Source: Naegleria gruberi (Eukaryota). From it: a stretch of 64,000 nucleotides of DNA. The notes beneath the pieces were generated by a model that saw only the letters and a program-made list of their open reading frames with translations, was not told the origin of the DNA and searched no databases. Location: the NCBI GenBank assembly GCA_000004985.1, contig GG738924.1. One strand, given 5' to 3'. Of the stretch, positions 29,772 to 39,645 are shown piece after piece. Both the position numbers and the translations under genes were made by a program. Numbering within the stretch: position 1 is the first letter of the stretch; every line of letters begins with the position of its first letter.

Positions 29772-31337
29772 TTAATGCTTTAATTCTGTCCATTCGCTGT
29801 ACCACGAACGATTAGGGAAAGCCTTCTTGTTGTCCAACATGGCTTGAATGTGTTTGTGGTTGTCCTGGACTTGAATTCTTTCATGATTAGTGGCATGTAG
29901 TGTTCTGTTTTTGGTAGTAGTATTGAGCGTCTTGTTGAATCCTTTAAACAGTGCTTTGGATCTCTTTTTCCAAAATATTTTGTATAACAGATCGGTTTGA
30001 AATGGTAAATCAAAGCTACTGTAAGTTACATGTACCACTCTGGTAAGATTGTCAGCAATTCTATTGAATAAATAGTAGCTCAGTGAAGCTGCTTTCTTGA
30101 CACGAGGTGATATTGGCATTTCCTCTTCTGGAAAATCAGCAGTATGTAAAACATGTAGTAAGAGATCAGATTCTTGAATGGTGGTTGCAACAGCACATAA
30201 CTGTCGTTTTTTGATAAGTGGCAGAGAAAGATCAACACTAATAGAAAGGCATTGTGTGGCGTATGTTGATTTACTACCCTCGCTGTAATTGTTCAATCCA
30301 CTTGGTGGTCTATAGCTTTGGAGTTTGAATCCATCTTTAGTTTGAGGATCGAATGAGGTATGGTTATCTGTATTGGAAATCATTATAATAAAGTCTTCAA
30401 GTGAAAAAGGGAGATACATAATGGCTTTCAATAGCTTCATTCCCTTCGATTCTCCAAAAAAGTAGGTTGTGTTAGATGAGTAACAACATAGATCCTTTCT
30501 CCCATAAATCAACTTCCAATCGGGCGTATCCTCTGCCAATGTGAAACCAAAATAAATGTGCTTGTCTGTAATGATCTGATCTTTTAAATCTTTTGGTTTA
30601 AATCTCATATCAGCATAATATGCTGCGGAGATGTCGTATCCAATTGATCTGGTAAAGGTTTCGCCTTTGAGTTTAAGGAAATTCAGTAGCTTTTCTGAAC
30701 GGACGAACCTTGGGAATTGGTCCATCTTTAAATCTAAATGTACAGATGACAGTACTTTTGAAAACAAAGCTTCAGGATGTAATCTTCTCATAATTTCACT
30801 TTCTATCTGTTCAGTAACCAGATTATAGTAATCAGAGGAGGTACATGACAGTCTTGTTTTACCTGGTACAGTTGAATCCAGAAACACATCAATGAGGTCT
30901 TCCTTTACATCTTTCCAATAGTTTAATACTATTGTTTGACTCGTTCCAATATTCAACTCTCGTTCACTATAATGTTCTAAGAATGTATTAATAATACTTT
31001 CTGCTCTTCCAATTACTTCAACTCTGAATAAATGATTGTGTTGCTTGGAGGAATTAGATGATTGCTTCAATGAAATTATTTGATAATCTGACCAACCTCC
31101 AAAAACTTCCTTTAAAACATGTTCATAATTGTGGCAGTATTCATTATAATGGTCAAGGAAAACTAGTGGTTCTTCATCTCTATTTTCAATTAAGAATTCA
31201 TGGAATATTCTTCTTGCTTCCTTGTTATCGAGGACGGCATCATAATCAATACAGTAATTTGTAGGATCAAAGTGTTGTGACATTTTTTGTTTGGTGAGAT
31301 AAGACATAACAGTTTGACCAAAGAATAAGAATGACAC
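29772..31337 (-). CDS. RGS-domain protein (521 aa) with an uncharacterised C-terminal domain
   Basis: The N-terminal region FHEFLIENRDEEPLVFLDHYNEY ... YSERELNIGTSQT matches the two conserved RGS blocks in the right order and spacing. RGS4 has [22 protein letters not shown] and ATKEVNLDSCTRE. The C-terminal 300 aa are unassigned. Confidence 0.55.
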   Translation of the reverse strand: MSFLFFGQTVMSYLTKQKMSQHFDPTNYCIDYDAVLDNKEARRIFHEFLIENRDEEPLVFLDHYNEYCHNYEHVLKEVFGGWSDYQIISLKQSSNSSKQHNHLFRVEVIGRAESIINTFLEHYSERELNIGTSQTIVLNYWKDVKEDLIDVFLDSTVPGKTRLSCTSSDYYNLVTEQIESEIMRRLHPEALFSKVLSSVHLDLKMDQFPRFVRSEKLLNFLKLKGETFTRSIGYDISAAYYADMRFKPKDLKDQIITDKHIYFGFTLAEDTPDWKLIYGRKDLCCYSSNTTYFFGESKGMKLLKAIMYLPFSLEDFIIMISNTDNHTSFDPQTKDGFKLQSYRPPSGLNNYSEGSKSTYATQCLSISVDLSLPLIKKRQLCAVATTIQESDLLLHVLHTADFPEEEMPISPRVKKAASLSYYLFNRIADNLTRVVHVTYSSFDLPFQTDLLYKIFWKKRSKALFKGFNKTLNTTTKNRTLHATNHERIQVQDNHKHIQAMLDNKKAFPNRSWYSEWTELKH

Positions 31338-31501
31338 ATGGTGGTGATGTAGGATTGAACGTGATTAATTTGATTTTTAGACCATAATTACAACTCAAAT
31401 CAAATTAGCATTTTAGGATCATACCAATAAAAGGAAATCAGCATGTACAAAAACAGGTTCAAAAGCTCATACATGAGCAAATTCCACAGTTGGAGTTTGA
31501 A

Positions 31502-33152
31502 TTATTCTTGCTTTTTTCTTCGAGGGTAATGCATTCGAAGGGAGAGTGCTCTTTCGTATAATTCGCTCGAAGTTTCCACAAAGCCATGACATTCATAATT
31601 GGCTGCTGCCTTGTAGAGATAGAGCATTTTGTGATATTCTGGATCTTGGAGATAACTCATGTCAGGTTGAGGATTGTCCACTCGTTTGAGCACAATGTCT
31701 GTTCTTATAATATACTTGTGTCCACTTGGGATTGGTCTTCCTTGATGCAATAGAGCATGATCGAATATTAATACTCTGCCTCTTTTAGGTTTCAAAGAAA
31801 ATTCATTAGAGAAACCTCTTTCTAGCTCCTCTCGTACCAATTCTCCCATAGAAGCAGGTTGGTGAGCTCTGAGAAAGTCTGTAGTGCCATCATCAAAATT
31901 GTCATTTAGATAAAGCTATGAGTATAAATCATCAGTAATTGGTAGTTATTAAATAATAATTATTATTATTACCAATAAAATATTAAAAAACACTTACAAT
32001 AATGGTGAACTTTGAACGTTCGTCTACACTCTGAACAAAATTACCATCTCTATGAGGAACGAAACCAACACAAGGACCATTATAACGACAACATCTCATA
32101 CAGTTATTGATTGAGGATGGATTCCATGTCCCTTCGTTATGCCAACCGAATGGTCGTTGCTGGCTCCATAACTTTTCATCTTTTTCAAATATTGGTCTTA
32201 TTCTATTCCAAAGTAGATCAGCAAAATAAGGGAATATCAATAGAGATCTATCGTTATCTCTTTCATAGGAAAGAAATTCATGCTCTAATGTTCTGTATCC
32301 TACCGTTTCAGTCTTTTCGATTATGGCACTGCATTCATCCTCAGTGAGGACATTATCAATGTAGAATGCAACTGGATCTCCAAATTGGCAACACTCTTTT
32401 GGAAGTGGAATATCTACTCTGCTCAATGTATTTCCATCAACATTGGAAAATTTAATTCCCAAATCACCATCAATGTTGTGAAGCAAATTTTTAGTTCTGG
32501 TAAATTTGTGTCTTGGAATTGGTGTTTGATGGAGTGAATATTTGACAACTTCTCTTGCTGTTTTCTCCTTGTAGTATTCTTCCATGATGGAAAATAATTC
32601 TTTCAGAGAGTCAGTATTGATACTCGATAATGTTACACTGTTTGGTACATTTTCCTGGTAACACATATTGTGTGGACAGGATGAATCCAGCACTGTTGTC
32701 TCATCATTGGAATTAAACATTTGTCGACAGATATCTTCAAATAATTGAGAACCCAATACAACAGCCATTGGAAACTTATTCATAAAATAGTTTCTTCCCT
32801 TGAACAATCTTCTCAGAAATGAATCCAAAGCCTTGATCCGATCATTCCACAACTTGACCAACTGATCTACACTATTGACAATTTTCAAATCCTCCAACTG
32901 ATGTAAAACTTTTAATATTTCCTCATGAATTAATTGATTCAATAATGTACAACTATCCCTTTCATCATCCATAATTGCATCATCATCAGTTTGCCCCATT
33001 GCACCAACAATAGGCTTGTCTTGAGTAAGTTCCATAACCTTGTTGTACATGACAATAAAATCCGTGTTGGAAACCTTCTTCCCATTCAACACGAGATTAT
33101 TCACAGATGGTGCGAAGAGTGTAATAAATTCCCTATGATCGGATGAAGACAT
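31502..33152 (-). CDS. 2OG-Fe(II) oxygenase (prolyl 4-hydroxylase-like), 2 exons
   Basis: Exon 1 is 33152..31998 (ends ...VPHRDGNF...SKFTII). An 82-nt intron follows at 31997..31916 (GTAAGT...CATAG). Exon 2 is 31915..31505 (LYLNDNFDDG...RVLIFDHALLHQGRPIPSGHKYIIRTDIV). The HxD...H facial triad and the downstream basic 2OG-binding residue are split across the two exons. Confidence 0.7.
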
Positions 33153-33233
33153 TTTTTTTATTATTTAAAAATTTTCTTAAATTTACTAGAAATTTTACTG
33201 AATTTACAATGATATTTATTAATTCCAAATAAT

Positions 33234-33929
33234 TTATGGATAGAGAGTTGTACTCTTCCAAGAATTATCTTGTTCTTTTTTATATTGAATTCTATTGGCA
33301 AGACGATGATCACCACTCTGCCAAAATTCAATACAATGAGCTCTTACTCTAACTCCTCCCCAATGCTTTGGTCTGACAGGTTCTTGAGCTGACAGTTTTT
33401 GTTCTTCAATGGCATTGAAAAATTCATTCAATAATTGTTCTCTTCCACCAACTAATTCTTGAGATTGTTGACTCACACTGGAGGCAATTCTCGATTCCAA
33501 TGGTCTTGAATTGAATATTTGATCAGATTCCTCATCAGAACAAAATTCAGCCACTCCCTCAATTCTCACTTGTTTAGAACTCATCACTGATCCATAACTC
33601 CAATAGAAATTTAAAGCAATTTTAGAATTTTCTGCAATTTCACTTCCCTTTCTCGAATTAAAATTCGTACAAAATATAAATTCCGATGTTTCCACATTAA
33701 AACTCTTAAGAAAAACATTTCTAGTGGATGGTTGCAATGTTTTTGGATTTACTGTAGCAACTGTCATGGTGGCTGGCTCGGCAGGAAGTAAAAGTTCTGG
33801 AATTTCCTTTTGGAGAGGAATAATTTTCTCTACAGATTTTTCATAATTTGAACAAGCTTCCAAATACCAATCGGAAAAGATTTTCATTGGTGATGGAAAT
33901 GTCATGTTATTGTTTCCTTCTTGTTGCAT
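33234..33929 (-). CDS. PNPO: Pyridoxamine 5'-phosphate oxidase
   Basis: ...MTVATVNPKTLQPSTRNVFLKSF...FIFCTNFNSRKGSEIAENSKIALNFYW...QVRIEGVAEF...ESDQIFNSRPLESRIASSVSQQS...PKHWGGVRV...IEFWQSGDHRLANRIQY matches the PNPOx family consensus throughout. Confidence 0.85.
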   Translation of the reverse strand: MQQEGNNNMTFPSPMKIFSDWYLEACSNYEKSVEKIIPLQKEIPELLLPAEPATMTVATVNPKTLQPSTRNVFLKSFNVETSEFIFCTNFNSRKGSEIAENSKIALNFYWSYGSVMSSKQVRIEGVAEFCSDEESDQIFNSRPLESRIASSVSQQSQELVGGREQLLNEFFNAIEEQKLSAQEPVRPKHWGGVRVRAHCIEFWQSGDHRLANRIQYKKEQDNSWKSTTLYP

Positions 33930-34017
33930 TTTTTTAATAATTATTTGAAAAATTAAATAGTAAATTCAAGTTATTTAAATTTAATATTATAATAATATTA
34001 ATAAATATAGAGATAAA

Positions 34018-34575
34018 TTAAATAATATCAAATGTTTTCAGTGATCTACTATATCGGAGATTATCCTCATCACTTGAACTCCTTTCCGTTACCAAATTGT
34101 CATCCGAATTTTTCACATCTCCCAACACATTAATCCGATCTCCCCTCGAATTCACCACAAATCCCTCATCATTCACAGAATACTTTCCCCTCCATAATCT
34201 CCATCCAACAATCAAGGTAACAATACCAATTCCCAAAAAGAGAATTGAAATTGCAACGAGCAAGGCGTAAATTCCATTTTCAAGATCTGGAAAATCAAAG
34301 AGTGAATCACAAATTGCAAAAGTGATGGTCATACTGATGAGAATGAATGCTAGGAGGAAGGAGATGGCGGTAACTGAGACGATGGTGAGGATGAATTTAG
34401 TTTTCGGGGTGAAGAATGAATTGGAGGGTTTAGAATGGATTTGAGTAGTTTCGGCAGTGCATGTTTCAGTTGGAATGTGTTGTTGGGAGGTTGTATCGAG
34501 TGATGCAGAAGTGTTTGTGGGATCTATTGAAGGTCTTTCAGTTGTACTTTGATTGGTGTCAGTCGTTATCGTCAT
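34018..34575 (-). CDS. Small 2-TM protein, tandem paralog 1 (185 aa)
   Basis: T/Q/S-rich N-terminus, then two hydrophobic helices. Conserved C-terminal block WRGKYSVNDEGFVVNSRGDRINVLGDV, shared with the neighbouring ORF. Confidence 0.45.
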   Translation of the reverse strand: MTITTDTNQSTTERPSIDPTNTSASLDTTSQQHIPTETCTAETTQIHSKPSNSFFTPKTKFILTIVSVTAISFLLAFILISMTITFAICDSLFDFPDLENGIYALLVAISILFLGIGIVTLIVGWRLWRGKYSVNDEGFVVNSRGDRINVLGDVKNSDDNLVTERSSSDEDNLRYSRSLKTFDII

Positions 34576-34706
34576 GCTTTTTTTTTAGTGTGATTCTTCA
34601 CGAATCCTAGTACAATCCACATATAGTAGTGTAAAGTGCTACTAATAAGGATTGTACTTTATTGATGAACTAACAAGAAGTTTGTATTTGATTACAAGAA
34701 TTGATT

Positions 34707-35237
34707 TCAAATGATCATTGAATTGTTTAATTTTACATTAATATCAGTAACTTCTCCCAAATAATTAATTGGTTCACCTGTCGAGTTTACAACTGTCCCT
34801 TCTGAATTCACTGCAAACTTTCCTCTCCACATTTTAATCCCAACCAAAGTAGTAACCAATCCAACAGCAAGAAAGAAGGCAGATATGGAAATCATTAAAG
34901 CATAAATTTCACCATGCGCTTGAGCATAATCAAGAGAATGCATAACTGCAACAATGACAGTTGAAATTAATAAAGAAATTCCTATGAAACATGAAGTACA
35001 CGTTGTGATTATGATAATTAGTGAGAAACGAGTTTTGGAATTGCAACACGAGGAAGTATTTGGGGCGGTGGTTGTAGTTTGGTCAATTTGTATTGGGATA
35101 ATTTCTTGTTGTGGTTGATTGTGATTTGCTTCTTTTTCTTGATGCTTTACCTCCTGATAGGTAACAGCTGTTGTGAGTTGTGGTGGCGTCGCTGGACATG
35201 GTATTATTGTTGATGAAATAGCACTGTCAGTAGTCAT
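34707..35237 (-). CDS. Small 2-TM protein, tandem paralog 2 (176 aa)
   Basis: Same architecture. Shared C-terminal block WRGKFAVNSEGTVVNSTGEPINYLGEV. Confidence 0.45.
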   Translation of the reverse strand: MTTDSAISSTIIPCPATPPQLTTAVTYQEVKHQEKEANHNQPQQEIIPIQIDQTTTTAPNTSSCCNSKTRFSLIIIITTCTSCFIGISLLISTVIVAVMHSLDYAQAHGEIYALMISISAFFLAVGLVTTLVGIKMWRGKFAVNSEGTVVNSTGEPINYLGEVTDINVKLNNSMII

Positions 35238-35707
35238 GACTATTTTTTTTTATAATCTTTTCCTCTTGCAAATTTGGAAATTATAATAGCGAGAGTACCA
35301 AAATGTTCATTGGTTCATGAAATGTGTGATTCACTGTTCTCAATATCCACAATCCTCAATAAATACATATTAATTCGAATAATAAAATCTGTTTCGTTAC
35401 ATTAAAAATTTAATTGAAAAAGTTAAAGTTATGGGAAATATTAATGAAAGTTGTTATCAATAGGTTTCGTCTTGAAATATGGTCCACTGTTCGAATTTAA
35501 ATCCAACTTGTTGATGCTCCCAATTATCTGGACCAACCTTACGAACAATTCTTGAACCTGAACAATAAAGAACATCATTGGGCGATGTTTGTTTTCTATT
35601 GTTCACAAAAGAGGTGTCATGCATTTGATGTGAACTATTTAAATACCTGTCATGTTTGACAGGAACAAAACAACATCAAAAAAATATCTCAAAATCAGAA
35701 CAACAAC

Positions 35708-36772
35708 ATGCCATTCAAAATATTCGATACTTTAGAAGTTACCATTAAAAACGGTGTTGATCTTGAAGCCGCTGACTTTAATGGCTTCAGTGATCCATAG
35801 TATGTTGTGTTAAATATTTAAAATATTGTAACGATCGATTTAGTGTCATTGTTCAAACTAAAGCTCTTGTAGATGAAAAGCTTCCTTCCTATTTGAAAGA
35901 AGCAGCCAAGGGATGGAAGCAAAAAACCTCCATCAAGAAGAAGGATTTAAATCCAACCTGGAATGAAACCAAAACTTTCCACAGTGTTTACTGTCTTGAT
36001 AAAGGTGAAGGAATTAAAGTACTTTTCAAGGTTTTTGATTGGGATATGCTCTCAAGAGATGTAAGTATTGATTGATCAAAAATGAATGTTGATTAATAAC
36101 GGTTTCGAATAATAATAGGATGCTATTGGAAAGGCAGAAATTGTTATCAATTTTGACAAGCTTGAACACAATAAGGAATATTCTGAGACTCTCAAATTAA
36201 CAGATTGTAAATCTGGTAGCTTGAACATTACCTATAAGGTTGTTAACTTTAATCAATGTAGAGTTGAATCTGGTTATCAATATCACAACTTGTTCACTCC
36301 ACCAGTTGCTGAACTTTGTGCTCCAAAAGACTTTTCTCTACTCAGTTCTAGCTCTGTTGGTGTTGCTAGTGTTGCAATCTTTGCCAACATGAAGAAGGGT
36401 TACGTTCTCTTGTCAACTCTCACCAAATTAGAATCAGGTGATTTAGATTTTGCTGCCATTGCCAAGAATATGAGTGAAGATCGTTTCCGTGAAATGAGAA
36501 AGGAATATTCCAAGGTTGATATCAAATCACGTGATGAGAATGTCAACCCAGATCCTCATTGCAAGAATAAGTTCATTACCCACATTTTGGAATTTGTTTT
36601 GAATGTTGAAAAGAAGGGATTGAAGATGATTGGTACTTTGAGAATTGTTGGACATTCTAATGGATATTTGGGTATTTATGTTTATATGGAACCACAAGAA
36701 AGCTTGTACTCTAGTGGTTCAGGTCAAACTGAATTGGCTAGAATATCCGAGAGTACTATCTTTTTGAATTAA
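35708..36772 (+). CDS. C2-domain protein, 3 exons
   Basis: Exons are 35708..35799, 35844..36060 and 36119..36772. Intron 1 is 44 nt (GTATGT...TTTAG), intron 2 is 58 nt (GTAAGT...AATAG). The spliced product MPFKIFDTLEVTIKNGVDLEAADFNGFSDPYVIVQTKALVDEKLPSYLKEAAKGWKQKTSIKKKDLNPTWNETKTF...FDWDMLSRDDAIGKAEIV... is a canonical C2 fold. Before splicing, an in-frame TAG follows SDP. A 215-aa C-terminal region follows. Confidence 0.7.
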
Positions 36773-36834
36773 TAAATTAATAGAAAATAATTGGTTCATT
36801 GCAGCAAGATTCTAAGGTTATTAAGGAAAACACT

Positions 36835-36925
36835 GGTGAGATGGTCGAGTGGTCTAAGACGACACGTTAAGGTATGATTAATACCGTGTTCCGCAAGGGC
36901 GTGGGTTCAAATCCCACTCTCATCA
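36835..36925 (+). tRNA. tRNA-Leu (anticodon AAG) with an 11-nt intron
   Basis: Class II tRNA. Acceptor GGTGAGA/TCTCATC, D arm GTCGAGTGGTCTAAGAC, anticodon stem-loop ACACG-TTAAGG-[ATGATTAATAC]-CGTGT, long variable arm TCCGCAAGGGC, T arm GTGGGTTCAAATCCCAC. TTAAGG at -14..-9. TTTT terminator. Confidence 0.65.
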
Positions 36926-37001
36926 AATTTTGCTTTAGGAATTGATTGGAAACTAATAAGGCTCTTGATATTTAATTAAATTTCGTTAATTAAGGCAAGA
37001 A

Positions 37002-37007
37002 GGGGTT

Positions 37008-37038
<31 letters not shown>

Positions 37039-37074
37039 TGCAGAAGGTCTAGGGTTCGATTCCCTATGACTCCA
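37002..37074 (+). tRNA. tRNA-Ala (anticodon UGC), copy 1
   Basis: GGGGTTATAGCTCAGTTGGTAGAGCGTCTGCTTTGCATGCAGAAGGTCTAGGGTTCGATTCCCTATGACTCCA with the G3:U70 Ala identity pair. TTAAGG at -12..-7. TTTT terminator after CCAA. Confidence 0.9.
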
Positions 37075-37496
37075 ATTTTACCCCATTCGTTGTTTTTATT
37101 GGCCAAATATGTATTATTATATTACTTATCGATTTCATACCCAATACTCTATTATTTCGATGGTTTGAGTGTCAAATCCAACCACTATGAATACTGAGAG
37201 TTGATCTTGGAGTTTTTGGAATTGTTGGAGATGACAACCTTGAACTTTTAAAAAGAAGTGAAAAGACTTGATATTGAAATATAAACATTGAATAGTTTAT
37301 TAACCACTTTTAGATTGTTATGAATTCAAAGTCAATCTATCGCTCATTTTTTTGTATACAAACATTGTAAACTCTGATTTCGATTACTTTCAACAATGAG
37401 TAATTATATTATTAGAAACGTGATTACTAAAAACAATTCAAAAAGCACGTTTCAGAAATTCCCAACAAGAAACAACTTTAAAACAAACAATTCTAA

Positions 37497-37859
37497 ATGG
37501 CAATCACCAGAATCACAGAAATTTGGGTCGTTTCCTACACTATCCAACACAGAAAAACAGAAGTTTCATCCTGTTGCGTTCTAATCCTCTGGATCATCCT
37601 TACATGCATTTCCATTCAAGCAATCTACACTGCATGCGATCAAATTCAAAACAATCCTAAAGATAAAACATTTGGTGATCCAGTTACTGCTATAATCATC
37701 TGGTCAGGGATCTTGGCAATGTTGACATGTTGTTGCTGTTCATGTTGTTGTGGGGTGGTTTGGAAATGTATTAGAAATCCAGTTTCTAATAATTTGCGTA
37801 AAAATAATGGTATGGATGAGAATGCCAACAGTGGATATTATCAGAGTGCTGAATGTTGA
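37497..37859 (+). CDS. Small cysteine-rich membrane protein (candidate ORF)
   Basis: Two hydrophobic helices with a CCCCSCCCG palmitoylation-like cluster. The start and exon structure are uncertain. A second small ORF at 37396..37584 overlaps it in another frame. Confidence 0.3.
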   Translation: MAITRITEIWVVSYTIQHRKTEVSSCCVLILWIILTCISIQAIYTACDQIQNNPKDKTFGDPVTAIIIWSGILAMLTCCCCSCCCGVVWKCIRNPVSNNLRKNNGMDENANSGYYQSAEC

Positions 37860-38308
37860 AGAGGGAAGTTTCGAATGAAAATTGTAAATATACTGTATTC
37901 CAAAAACTAATAAATAAAATTCTAATAAAATAGATCAATTCATAACTGAGGAGTGTTCTACTCATTGGCGAATATTACAAGTTTCCACAATGAAAGAATA
38001 AAAGTTCTTAAAACTAAAAACTTTGCCAAAAATAAATTATAAATTGTTAATATTTCTTCATTCTCATCAAATACTTTTTCAAGATGATCCTCCTTATCAG
38101 CTTTGGAATTTCCTTTAATGAGAGGAAGAACAACTGTTTTCAATGAAGCCGTTCCAGAAATTTTTTGGTTGATGGGCACTCAATATGATCTAATGGTAAC
38201 ATGTATTGTTTTGGAGCATTTTTCTTTCTTTTAGTATTCTACTTGCAATACTTGCAAGAAGACTAAGGCTATAAATGAACTCATTTATAAATCCTAATTA
38301 AGGAAAGA

Positions 38309-38315
38309 AGGGGTT

Positions 38316-38346
<31 letters not shown>

Positions 38347-38381
38347 TGCAGAAGGTCTAGGGTTCGATTCCCTATGACTCC
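38309..38381 (+). tRNA. tRNA-Ala (anticodon UGC), copy 2
   Basis: Identical to the 73-nt copy 1. Shares the upstream ATTAAGGMAAGAA and the downstream CCAATTTT flank. Confidence 0.9.
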
Positions 38382-38514
38382 AATTTTGGTCCCATTAGTT
38401 ATTTTTTATTGAGGCATGCAAGAAGAACATATGGGAAGCGTAATTGGATTGTGGGCTGATTTCACAATCTTAAAAAATCCACAACACAACTGACTCAACA
38501 CTTCACAGGATACA

Positions 38515-39243
38515 ATGAATGGATCTCTCATCAGTAACACCCAGACAATAAAATCCTCCTCTCAATACGCAACACCAAAGAAGATATCCAAAGACACTGA
38601 AGTAAAATGTGAGTTACTGTTTTTATTACCAAATCTTATTCAATGATCTTCTTTTCGGTATTCAATCGTTATTATCTTTGTTCATCACACTTCTAAATTA
38701 CTATTATGAACAGTCTGTAAAGGATACATGAACAAGTTGGGAGCCATTGATACTTGTACAGCAAATATTGGAGGAAATATCATGGTTAGGCAAATTCAGA
38801 AACATCACACTCTCAATCTGATGGCTGTGACAAAAACCGTCGATACTTCTCCGCCTTGGTCATATAGACAGCATCAGTCACCCAAAACCAATACCATTCA
38901 GCAAGTAAATATGATGAGAGCCTCCTTAAATACTACAAGTCCACTAGCAAAGCAAAAATCGTCTAGCAATTTTGAAAAGCTGGATTTAAAGTAGGTTTTC
39001 CAATTGAATCTTATCTCATACTGTTATTTATTGATCAATAGTAAGGAAAATATGATTGATATTGAACAGGAGTTGGACGAACATGATCAGATCATTTACA
39101 AAAACTTTATGGAAATGTTGTCAAAGAGAAAATGTTTTGCAGATGCTCAAATATTGGCAACAATTGCATTGGGAAAGGTTGAAGAAGAATGGGCAGAAAA
39201 ACAACAAATTCCACCATCACAACATGAAGAAATAAATTCGTAA
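38515..39243 (+). CDS. Lineage-specific protein P1, 3 exons, 190 aa, downstream of tRNA-Ala copy 2
   Basis: Exons 38515..38608, 38714..38990, 39042..39243. Intron 1 is 105 nt (GTGAGT...AACAG), intron 2 is 51 nt (GTAGGT...AATAG). The product is MNGSLISNTQ...FCKGYMNKLGAIDTCTANIGGNIMVRQIQKHH...KLDLNKENMIDIEQELDEHDQIIYKNFMEMLSKRKCFADAQILATIALG... It is a paralog of P2. The ORF track shows only fragments. Confidence 0.55.
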
Positions 39244-39295
39244 ACTCTAAGATGGTTAATGCATATATTGATCGATTTTAATATTAAGGCAAGAA

Positions 39296-39301
39296 GGGGT
39301 T

Positions 39302-39332
<31 letters not shown>

Positions 39333-39368
39333 TGCAGAAGGTCTAGGGTTCGATTCCCTATGACTCCA
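39296..39368 (+). tRNA. tRNA-Ala (anticodon UGC), copy 3
   Basis: Identical 73-nt sequence. Upstream ATTAAGGCAAGAA. TTTTTTT terminator. Confidence 0.9.
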
Positions 39369-39645
39369 ATTTTTTTGTTCCGTGAGTACACTCGAATTGT
39401 ATTCTTAATTAACTCTCTTATTCTGAAATAACATTTCAACAATGGTAATGCTTTCTACGTCAATCCAAGGCATTGAGATTTTGTTAAAAGAGAGACGCGA
39501 ACAGTTGATTTAATGGTAATAATCGATTCAGTGGAGAAAGACATTCCAAACATAACGGAAAAAGTTTACGATTTTGTAGTTGGTAGTTTTAAGGGCAACA
39601 ACGATAAAACAGGAGATAGAGAAAATAAAATACAAATAGAAACAA

